From assembly GCA_965223845.1 (NCBI GenBank), contig CBDCXR010000004.1, forward strand, positions 6,560,001 through 6,624,000: a DNA stretch of 64,000 nt, written 5' to 3'. This document shows positions 17,459 to 25,960 of this stretch, in pieces. The translations under genes were made by a program, and so were the position numbers. The number at the start of each line of letters is the position of its first letter. Position 1 is the first letter of the stretch. Source of the stretch: Planctomycetota bacterium (GTDB lineage Bacteria; Planctomycetota; UBA8108; SXIK01). Below the pieces are notes generated by a model. It had not been told where the DNA came from, searched no databases, and was given only the letters and a program-made list of their open reading frames with translations.

Positions 17459-20428
17459 CTACGGGACGCACTCCGAGCCGGTGCAGAGAAAACCGCCATC
17501 TAGCGCGAAGCAACCGTCTCCCTGCGCCGGCGGCGGCCCACTCGCGAAGAGGTAGTTCGCGAGGAAGATCGCGTCGAGGATGTTGAGCCCGCCGTTGCCA
17601 TCGACATCGAGGACGGCGACATTGCCCGGCGCGGTTCCGCAGGGCCCCGTGTGACTGGCACCCGCGAGGAGGAGAAAGCCAGGATAAAGCACGTTCACGT
17701 AGGCGATGAGATCGCTCACGTTGAGATCGCTATCGCCGTTGGCGTCGCCCGCGAGGTGATTCGTCGGCGGAGCCTGATCGACGTTGAGGTTGTCGAATTC
17801 CACCTCTTGCCCGCCGGTCCACGTCCAGAAGCCGAAGTAGCCGCCGCGGTAGGTCGAGTCTTCGACCTCGAAGATCGGCTCATCGGCATCGCCGACGAAG
17901 ACTTGGATGATGTCCGCGGCGACGACGACCTTCCAGCGCGTCGGCGGATCCGGTGTGGCCGCCGCCATCTGGCCGCGGACGATCTCGTTGAACCCACCGT
18001 TGTCGACTCGGGTGAACCGAACGCCGCGGTCGGCGGGGCGGTCGATCCAGTCGATGAAGTACCCGCTGAACTGGCCGCGAGTCGTCGGTTGGTTGCTGCA
18101 GAACTGAAACCCTGCGTGCCTACCGACCGCCGGGACGGTTCCCGGCGCGAGGTACGAGACGTCGAATTCGAACACCGCGGTCTCCTCGGAGACCACCGGA
18201 GGGTCACCGGCCCAGATCCAAAACTCGGAGCCCGTGGGACCCGCGGCGAGAGTGTTTCCCTCGAGTCGCCAGCTATCGCCCTGCGCGATCGTCCAGCCGT
18301 CGACGGCGCCGTCGGGGCGGTTGAAGTCGTCCGCGAAGTCGGTGACAACCTCGGCGACGGTAATCTCTTGAGTAGCCGTCGAGGTTCCGCCTGGACCCGT
18401 GGCCGTGAGCTCGACCGTGTACACGCCGGCGAAGTCGTACGAGTGATCGACCGTCTGGCCGTCGCCCGTCGTGCCGTCACCGAAGTCCCACGAGTACGTG
18501 TCGACCTGCCCGAACGTGCAGCTCGCGTCGAACGAAACCGGGCTGCCGGTAACGTGCGGCGCCGCGCTCACGACGTTGAAGCACGCGTCGACGAGGATCT
18601 CATCGCCGTCGATCAAGACGTTGTCGAACGCGACGACTTGATCGGCGCCGTCCCACGCCCAAAGGCCGAATTGGCCGCCGCGGTAGGTGTCGTCGACGAC
18701 GTCGATCGCGAGCGTGTCGTCGCCGTAGACGCGAATGTTCTCGCCTTCCATCTCGATCCGGATGTTCGCCGGGGGATCGTCGAAAAGGTCTCCAGTGCCG
18801 GCTTGGAGGACTCGCAGACCGGCTCCGTCCCAGGCCGCGAGCGAAAACCCAAAATCGGCCTCGCGATCGATCCACCAGAGCTGATAGCCATTCGTCTCCG
18901 CCGCCCAGCGAATCCCCGGAGTATTCCACGCGAAGAAACAGCCGGCGTGGCGTCCGACGACACCGTTGTTCGAAGGCGCGACGAGCTCCCAGTCGAACGA
19001 GATCGTCTGGTCGGTTCCGATGATCACCGGCGGCTCGCCCGCGAACGCTTGATGCTCGCCGGCCTGGCCGCCGCCGACCGTCGGGCCGGCGATGAGGCGC
19101 TGGTTGTCGGCATCGTCGATCTCCCACGTTCCCGCGTGCACGGTCCAGCCTGTCGCTCGCTGCGGTTTCGCCGTGAAGTCGTCGGAAAAAACCTCCGTCC
19201 CAGCGCCAGTTGTGACGGACACGTTGTCCCACTCGACGTGGTTCTCCGCACCATCCCAGTTCCACAGCGCAGTGATTCCGCCGCGGTAGGTGTCGTCGTC
19301 GACTTCGAATGCGAGCATGTCGTCGCCGAAGACTCTGATCGTCGGACCGTCGACCTCGACGCGCACCGTACCCGGCGGCGAGGCGAACATGTCGCCGGTT
19401 CCGGCCTGGAGGGCGACGATCGCTCCACCGTCCCAGCGAAGGAGATTGAGGCCCTTGTCAGTCTCGCGGTCGATCCAGTGCACTTGGTACCCGCGGGTCG
19501 CGCCGTCCCAGCGCGTCCCGATCTGATTGAAGTTGAGGAGGATGCCGGCGTGGTTTCCGACCGCGCCTCCTCCGGCGCTCAGGAAGTTCCAGTCGAACTC
19601 GACCACGTAGTCCGTCGGGAGCTCGACCGGCGGCTCCCCGGCGAACGCTTGGTGCTCGCCCGCAGCGCCGCCGCCCGATGCCGGGCCGGAGACGAGCTGC
19701 TCGTCGGTGATTTCCCACGCGCCCTGATGCACGGTCCAATCGCGGACGGGGTCACGCGTAAAGTCGTCGGCGAACGCGATCGACTCGAGAACGACGTTGT
19801 CGTAGGCGACGACCTGTCCTTCGCCGTTCCAGGTCCAGAACGCGAAGTGACCGAAGCGATACGTGCTGTCGGTCACGGCGTGAATCAGATCGCCGTCACC
19901 GAAAACAAGAATCCGGTCGCCGATGACCTCGATCGTCCAGCGCGAAGGGGGCTCGGCGTCCGGAGCCGCGGGTCCGTCTCCCGCGGCGACGAGCGAGAAG
20001 GCGCCGTTCGTTCTCTTCGCGATATTGAGTCCGCGGTCAGCGGCCCGATCGATCCACCAGAGGTTGTAGCCACTCCCGGCCCCGCGCGACGTTACGTCCT
20101 GGAAGTTGAACATCACGCCGGCGTGTCGACCGATGACGCCCGGAGGATCCGGCGCGATCCAGCGAATGTCGAACGACAGCCGAAAGTTCCGCGGGAGTGT
20201 GATCGTCGGGTCACCGCCGAAGCACTCCTGCTCGGGGCCGGTGGGCGGTCCGCCGACGAGCTCTCCGCCGACGATGTTCCAGTCGCCGTTATTCACCGTC
20301 CAGCCATCGACGACGCCGTCTGCGCGGTCGAAGTCGTCGGTGAAATTCGTCGCATGGGCACTCGCGCCGCACAAGACGACTCCGAGGAATGTAAGGACAA
20401 CGGCGCCGCTTCGCGCATTTGCTCGCAT
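17459..20428 (-). CDS. Secreted protein: 4 GRHxG/WIDR domains, 1 PKD domain, variant dockerin
   Basis: GGAGGGG RBS before ATG 20428; signal peptide (SAHA); four repeats; GDANGDSDLNVSD...DVDGNGGLNILDAI. Confidence 0.88.
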   Translation of the reverse strand: MRANARSGAVVLTFLGVVLCGASAHATNFTDDFDRADGVVDGWTVNNGDWNIVGGELVGGPPTGPEQECFGGDPTITLPRNFRLSFDIRWIAPDPPGVIGRHAGVMFNFQDVTSRGAGSGYNLWWIDRAADRGLNIAKRTNGAFSLVAAGDGPAAPDAEPPSRWTIEVIGDRILVFGDGDLIHAVTDSTYRFGHFAFWTWNGEGQVVAYDNVVLESIAFADDFTRDPVRDWTVHQGAWEITDEQLVSGPASGGGAAGEHQAFAGEPPVELPTDYVVEFDWNFLSAGGGAVGNHAGILLNFNQIGTRWDGATRGYQVHWIDRETDKGLNLLRWDGGAIVALQAGTGDMFASPPGTVRVEVDGPTIRVFGDDMLAFEVDDDTYRGGITALWNWDGAENHVEWDNVSVTTGAGTEVFSDDFTAKPQRATGWTVHAGTWEIDDADNQRLIAGPTVGGGQAGEHQAFAGEPPVIIGTDQTISFDWELVAPSNNGVVGRHAGCFFAWNTPGIRWAAETNGYQLWWIDREADFGFSLAAWDGAGLRVLQAGTGDLFDDPPANIRIEMEGENIRVYGDDTLAIDVVDDTYRGGQFGLWAWDGADQVVAFDNVLIDGDEILVDACFNVVSAAPHVTGSPVSFDASCTFGQVDTYSWDFGDGTTGDGQTVDHSYDFAGVYTVELTATGPGGTSTATQEITVAEVVTDFADDFNRPDGAVDGWTIAQGDSWRLEGNTLAAGPTGSEFWIWAGDPPVVSEETAVFEFDVSYLAPGTVPAVGRHAGFQFCSNQPTTRGQFSGYFIDWIDRPADRGVRFTRVDNGGFNEIVRGQMAAATPDPPTRWKVVVAADIIQVFVGDADEPIFEVEDSTYRGGYFGFWTWTGGQEVEFDNLNVDQAPPTNHLAGDANGDSDLNVSDLIAYVNVLYPGFLLLAGASHTGPCGTAPGNVAVLDVDGNGGLNILDAIFLANYLFASGPPPAQGDGCFALDGGFLCTGSECVP

Positions 20429-20583
20429 GTGACCCCTCCGGTTCGTTCCGAAGCCCGGACTCGAGCGAGCACTCGCCGAACCGTGGGCGCGGAATGTCCC
20501 TCGTTTTGAACTCGAACGTCGATTCCGCCGGGAAACGACACGTCCGTTGCGCTCGACGGCCTCGCTCGAGCGAACATCGACCC

Positions 20584-23500
20584 TCAACGATCGGGAGTGA
20601 TTCTACACTCGATCCCGTCCGGGGTGGGATCGGTTCCGAGCGCCGGAAACGGCGCGGGTGGTGCCTCTCCGCGTTGAAACAAGTACGAGAGTAACCGAAC
20701 GGCATCCGAACCTCGGAGCTCTCCGTCGTCATCGACGTCGGCGGCGTCTTCACAGTTCGCCGGCTTTCCCGCGAAGAGATGGAGGAGAACGCCGATCGCG
20801 TCCGTGACTTGGATACGGCCGTTCCCGTCGACGTCCCCGCGGACGAAGAGCGGACCGTCGTCCGTTGTCCGGGTGACGACGATGCGATCGGAGGTGAGCA
20901 GCGATCCAGCCGCGTCGAAGGCGAGGAGGATGAGCTCGTTCGCTCCCGGCGCGAGGGGGACGGTCACCCGCCAGCGGGTCACCGACGCCCAGTCCGCATC
21001 GGGAGGCGGGTCGACATCGGCGACGAGGACCGAGGCAACGTCGATCCACGCGGACCCCTCGAGAGTCACCTCCGCCTCTGCGGTCTCGAAGTCCTCGCCC
21101 TCGTTCGAAGTGATTTCGAAGGCAACTTCGCGCGGAAGCCGGCCCGAAACGAATCGCTCGCGCGCCGCGATGTACGTTAGGGCGCCGGTGTAGCTCTGTC
21201 GAGCGACCGCCCCGTAGTGCTGAACCCAGGGTGTCATGTAGTCGCGATTGAATGTCGAGTCGATGATCTCCGCAAGGTGCCGGTAGAGCGCGCGCGTGTT
21301 GCGCGGGATTTCGATGACCTTGCGCAGGTTGTGGCCGCCCCAGAGGGGTGCGCCCGTCGAGGCGACGAACGCGAAGTCCATGTCCCACGGGAAGACTAGG
21401 ACTCGCTCGTCCTCGGGGCGGACATAGTAGATGTTATTGTGGAAGTTCCCCGACATGTACGTGTCGCCGATGCCGCAGAGCGAGTACATCGCGAAGGCGC
21501 GCATCCACTGATCGACGTCCATGATCTCACGCGAGCCCGCGTCGATCGCCGCGCGGTCGTTGCCGCCGAGGAGCTGCGCGAAACGCTGGATCGTCGAGTA
21601 GTCGTCCCGCTGGACGTTATTCTCGATGAGGTAGAACCAGCGGTAGTTTTCCTTCCCGTCGCCGAGGTTCGTGTGGTCCGTGCCGAGGACGCTGTCGGGG
21701 AGCGGACGCTTGGGTCCTTCGACGCCGCCGATGCTCGTCGTCGGATGGTAAATCAGCTCGTAAGTGTACTTCGTTCCGTCGCCGCCGTTCTCGAACTGTG
21801 AGTCGAGATACACGCTGCTGAACCGCGCCATGAGGAGGAGCGCGGAGCCGGAGTGGATGCGCCGCGGCGCGATGACGCGGATGAGATCGTCGTACATTCC
21901 CGGGATTCCACCGGCGTGCGTGGCGATGTGCTTGACGAGGATCTCATCCTGAGCACCGAAGGGGACGAAGCCGGCCCAGCCACCCGATCGATCGATCGAG
22001 ATCGTCCGGTGAACGCCGCGAAACGGCTGCTCGGGCGAGAACGTGATGTGGAAGCCCGTGCGGTTGTTGTCCGGTCGACCTCGCTGGCTCCCGCGAAGAC
22101 GCACGCCGACGTCGTAAAAGACCTCGCGCTCGCGGTAGATCACCGTTGCGGGCACCTTCGCGTTGCTCATGAGGTTCGTGATCTCGTGGAGCTCGCGATC
22201 CACCGCCGGTGAGACGAGTATGCGAAGCGGAAACGCATTCGCCTGGCCGGCTAGAGTGTCCGCCGTCTTGTAGAGCGCTCCGGATGCAGGGCCACCGGGG
22301 GGGAGCGTCGAGATCGCGCCCGCCTCGTCCTCGGCCTCGACGTAGAACTGGATCACGTCCGAGGGCGACTCGATGCCGGGAATCTCTCCCGCGAATCGAG
22401 ATCCGTCACCACGCGCCATCCCGGTCTGCTGCCAGTCGCCGCCGTCGACCGACCAGAAGAGCGTGACGCGCCGGAGGTCGTTGTCGTCGTTCGCGTGCAC
22501 GCTGACGGTGACACTCTCGCCGACCTCGGGAAAGAGGGGCGAGTGGTTCAACCGGTCGAGATTCGGCGCGGCGTTCGCTTCGTAGCGCGAATTTCGCTCG
22601 CCCGGCGTCCCGTTCGGCGACGGCGCCGCGAGCACGTTCGTTCGCGCGACGCGATTGAAGTAGAGGCGCGTGTGGAGCTGACGCGATCCCGAGAGCCACC
22701 GGGCGCGGAACGAGATTTCGTACGTGTTTCCGCTCACCACGCGGGCTCCGTCCGCGAGCGTCGTTTCGACGTGATTGTGCATGTGCTCGGTCGCGCCGGT
22801 CGCCACGAGATGGAGAACCTTGTTTCCCTCGGCGTCCGGATCGTCGACGACGCGGCTCTTTCCGTGCGTCCCGAGGAAGCGCCAGGTGTCGCCGCCCCGG
22901 TCGAAGCCGCCGTCTTGGAGCAGCTCTCGCTCGTTCTCGCCGCCCGGGTTCTCGACGACGCTCATGTCGTCGATGAGGGCCTCGCCCGCATCGAAGAGCC
23001 CGAATACGAACTCGTTCCACTGCGTCGGTCCGAGGCGCTGGGAGCCGGTGCCGCGGTAGGCGATCGTCTCCCACTCTGCTGCGCTCTCGTCACTCGCCGC
23101 CCAAGCGCTCGCGATGGCGTTATCGCTCCACGCATTCCGGAGCTCGAGTGACGATCCATTGCCGTCCGCTTCTCCGGGCCACGGTTTTCGATCGAAGTAC
23201 CGCAGCTCGTCGGCCGGATTGCCGTTTGCGTCGGAGAGAACGAGTCGGTCGCTCCTGTGACTCAGACGTCCGGTGAAGTTCCCGTGCGCTTCGACTCCGG
23301 GGTAGCGGGCCGAGAACGCGTCCCGATCGCTCGCGAGAACGAGATGCTCGCCCGCGCCGAGAGTCGTTCCGTCGGGAAACGCGAACGCGATTCCGTTCGT
23401 GAACTCCCAGCCGGTGAGATCGACCGCCGCGTCACCCCGGTTGTAGAGCTCGAGCCACCCGAGCTCGTTCTCGGTGTAGTGCGTCGGAGCGACGAGCGTG

Positions 23501-25767
23501 ATCAGCTCGGAGACCTCCGCGCCGAAGACGATGTCGTTCGAGTTCTCGCTCGATTGATGGACCTCGACCGCGAGGAGGTTCATTCCGGCCCGCAAATGTT
23601 CGATCGGGAGTGGGTACGCTTCGGAGAAGCGCGCGTTCCCGACGCTCCGGGTCGCCTCGGTCTCCGCAGTGATTTCACCTTCCGGCATGTTCTGGCGGAT
23701 GACTTCCTCGCCGTTTAGGTAGACGACGGCGCCGTCGTCGACGAAGAGACGGAGCTGCACGTCGATGTCCCCCGGCTCGGCATCGAGATCGAATTCGGAA
23801 CGGAAGTAGTAGGTCAGCGCGCCGAGCTCGAGCTCCGTGTTCTTCGGCGCGGCGAGGTCCGAGCGCTCGACGAAGAGAAGCGCCGGGCCGAGCGGCCAGG
23901 TCGAGTCGTCGAAGTTTTCGCTGCGCCACGCCGTGCCGAGATCCGCACCGGACGCGTCGTAGCGCCAGACGGAGTCGATGGGGAACATCACTCGTTCCTC
24001 GAATGATCCCGGGGCGGCGAGAATCGGCTTCGGGTGATAGTGAATCTCGTTGATGACGATGTCCGTCTCGAGAACGACCTTGTTCTCCGCGCTGGGAGTC
24101 GCTTCCGCCGGAACGAACCACGGACCGGATCCGTCGGGAGAGCGCGCGCGACTCTCTTCGACGAGCGCGGCGGCGACGACTGCGCTCCCGTCGCGCGAGT
24201 AGAGAAAGAGCTTGTCGCCGACCGTGAGCGGGAAGCCGAGGTCGTCCGGTCCGAGGACGACGCGCTCGCCGGGGGGGAGCGCCTGCGCCGGAAAAACGAA
24301 CGGCTCCGCGCCATCCGCCGAGCTCGCGATCGTGAGACCTTCGAGCTCGAGCTCGGCGGCCGAAGTCGAAATCACTTCGACCCAAGGATCTCCGTCTCCC
24401 GCGAAGACTTCGTTGAACGCGAGGCCGATCGTTGCCGGCGCGCCGCCGCCTTCCGTCGGTGCGAAGTAGTCTCGACCTCCGCGCGAGTTCTCGTAGTGCG
24501 CGGCGATCTCGTCGCCCGAGAGCCCGCGTTTCCAGAACGCGATCTCGTCGAGCGTTCCCGTGTACGGGTGGCGCCGACCGGCCATGTTGCCGAGGAATGC
24601 GGTCGCAACACCTCCTGTCGATGGGGCGGCCCCGGGCTCGAGCTCCGCGCGAATCCTCTCTACGCCATCGATCCAGATCGCCTTCACTCCGGAGTCGGCG
24701 TCGTAGGTGGCGACGATGTGGTGCGCCGCGCCGTCGCGGAGCTCGGCGAGCGTTGGGCGTCCGTCGCGACCGTCGAGTGGCATATCGAGCGCCGTTGTGA
24801 CGCCGCCAGCGCGCATTCCGAAGCTGAGCACGGGCTGGACCGGAGGATCGAGCGCCACGTCGCGATCGTCGAAGGCCTCGTCGTGCGCAAACGCGAGGTA
24901 CAGCCGGCGGGTTCCGTCTTGCTTGCGAAAGATGTGGTCGGTGTCGCCGAGCTCGCCGCTCCATTCGATGGTCGCGAGCGCTTCGATCGCGACGCCGTCG
25001 CGGACGGAGAACCCGTCGGCTGCGCCAACGTCGACGAAGGCGTCAGGCGAATTGTCGAAGTGCGCCGCGCCATCGCCGACGAGGCCGGGAACGCGTTCGA
25101 TCGCGTCGCCGAGCGTACCGTCGCTCTCCCCGATCGAGTCGCGTGCACTCGCGCCCGAGCCCTCGAAGCGCCACAACGAGACGAGGCCCGCGGGTACCGT
25201 CGCCGGGCCGCCGTCGAGCGCGAAGTTCCTCGCGCCGGGCGTCCCGCCGACGCGGCCGCTCGACACCCAGCTCGACGGTGTCGCGCTCCCGGCGTCGGGG
25301 TGACGCTTAGCGAGCGTCGCCCCCGATCCGTCCGGGGCGGTCGGCCAGCGACCGGAGTCGCGGTAGCGAAGCGAGTCCATTACGCGACCGGAATTGTTCC
25401 GGAGCTCGACGCGCTCTCCCGCGTTGTCGAGGCGTCCCTCGAACGGACCGAGGACGCCCGCGATGCCGGTTTCGGCGGCAAGAGTCTCCGGATTCGCCGC
25501 GACGACGACGTACCCGCCGCTCGGAACGACAGTTCCGCGCGGAAACACGAACGCGACGCCGTCCGAGAGCGCCCAGTTCGAGATGTCCATGTCGACGGCC
25601 ATCTGATTGTGGAGCTCGATCCACTCGAGGTCGTCGACGTTCCCGGGCGGGTGGTACATCACCTCGTTCAGAACGACGGTGCTGTCGGCAACCGAAACGG
25701 ATTCGAGGACGAGGACGGCGAGTAGAGACGCGAGAACGCGGAGGATGGGAGATTCACGAGGGTGCAT
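20584..25767 (-). CDS. Secreted lamin-tail/LamG/jelly-roll/CotH kinase protein with dockerin
   Basis: GGAGGAG RBS before ATG 25767; VVLNEVMYHP..EWIELHN (LTD); HHIVATYD..LDEIAFW (LamG); VGVRLRGS, HNNIYY, PWDMDFAF (CotH); FVRGDVDGNG dockerin. Confidence 0.9.
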   Translation of the reverse strand: MHPRESPILRVLASLLAVLVLESVSVADSTVVLNEVMYHPPGNVDDLEWIELHNQMAVDMDISNWALSDGVAFVFPRGTVVPSGGYVVVAANPETLAAETGIAGVLGPFEGRLDNAGERVELRNNSGRVMDSLRYRDSGRWPTAPDGSGATLAKRHPDAGSATPSSWVSSGRVGGTPGARNFALDGGPATVPAGLVSLWRFEGSGASARDSIGESDGTLGDAIERVPGLVGDGAAHFDNSPDAFVDVGAADGFSVRDGVAIEALATIEWSGELGDTDHIFRKQDGTRRLYLAFAHDEAFDDRDVALDPPVQPVLSFGMRAGGVTTALDMPLDGRDGRPTLAELRDGAAHHIVATYDADSGVKAIWIDGVERIRAELEPGAAPSTGGVATAFLGNMAGRRHPYTGTLDEIAFWKRGLSGDEIAAHYENSRGGRDYFAPTEGGGAPATIGLAFNEVFAGDGDPWVEVISTSAAELELEGLTIASSADGAEPFVFPAQALPPGERVVLGPDDLGFPLTVGDKLFLYSRDGSAVVAAALVEESRARSPDGSGPWFVPAEATPSAENKVVLETDIVINEIHYHPKPILAAPGSFEERVMFPIDSVWRYDASGADLGTAWRSENFDDSTWPLGPALLFVERSDLAAPKNTELELGALTYYFRSEFDLDAEPGDIDVQLRLFVDDGAVVYLNGEEVIRQNMPEGEITAETEATRSVGNARFSEAYPLPIEHLRAGMNLLAVEVHQSSENSNDIVFGAEVSELITLVAPTHYTENELGWLELYNRGDAAVDLTGWEFTNGIAFAFPDGTTLGAGEHLVLASDRDAFSARYPGVEAHGNFTGRLSHRSDRLVLSDANGNPADELRYFDRKPWPGEADGNGSSLELRNAWSDNAIASAWAASDESAAEWETIAYRGTGSQRLGPTQWNEFVFGLFDAGEALIDDMSVVENPGGENERELLQDGGFDRGGDTWRFLGTHGKSRVVDDPDAEGNKVLHLVATGATEHMHNHVETTLADGARVVSGNTYEISFRARWLSGSRQLHTRLYFNRVARTNVLAAPSPNGTPGERNSRYEANAAPNLDRLNHSPLFPEVGESVTVSVHANDDNDLRRVTLFWSVDGGDWQQTGMARGDGSRFAGEIPGIESPSDVIQFYVEAEDEAGAISTLPPGGPASGALYKTADTLAGQANAFPLRILVSPAVDRELHEITNLMSNAKVPATVIYREREVFYDVGVRLRGSQRGRPDNNRTGFHITFSPEQPFRGVHRTISIDRSGGWAGFVPFGAQDEILVKHIATHAGGIPGMYDDLIRVIAPRRIHSGSALLLMARFSSVYLDSQFENGGDGTKYTYELIYHPTTSIGGVEGPKRPLPDSVLGTDHTNLGDGKENYRWFYLIENNVQRDDYSTIQRFAQLLGGNDRAAIDAGSREIMDVDQWMRAFAMYSLCGIGDTYMSGNFHNNIYYVRPEDERVLVFPWDMDFAFVASTGAPLWGGHNLRKVIEIPRNTRALYRHLAEIIDSTFNRDYMTPWVQHYGAVARQSYTGALTYIAARERFVSGRLPREVAFEITSNEGEDFETAEAEVTLEGSAWIDVASVLVADVDPPPDADWASVTRWRVTVPLAPGANELILLAFDAAGSLLTSDRIVVTRTTDDGPLFVRGDVDGNGRIQVTDAIGVLLHLFAGKPANCEDAADVDDDGELRGSDAVRLLSYLFQRGEAPPAPFPALGTDPTPDGIECRITPDR

Positions 25768-25960
25768 CAGAGCTCCTCCGCTCCTGAAGACTTCGAGTCG
25801 AATCTTTACGTACCCGTACCCGGTCCCGGCGCGAGAGGACCGCGTCCCCGGAGAAGGTCGACGCGCTGATCGTGACCATCCCTCGCTTCTCGCCGTCGTA
25901 ACCGGAGGTCGCGACGCTCGCCGTTCTACGATGAAGACTCGGGAACGGGAAAACAGATCT

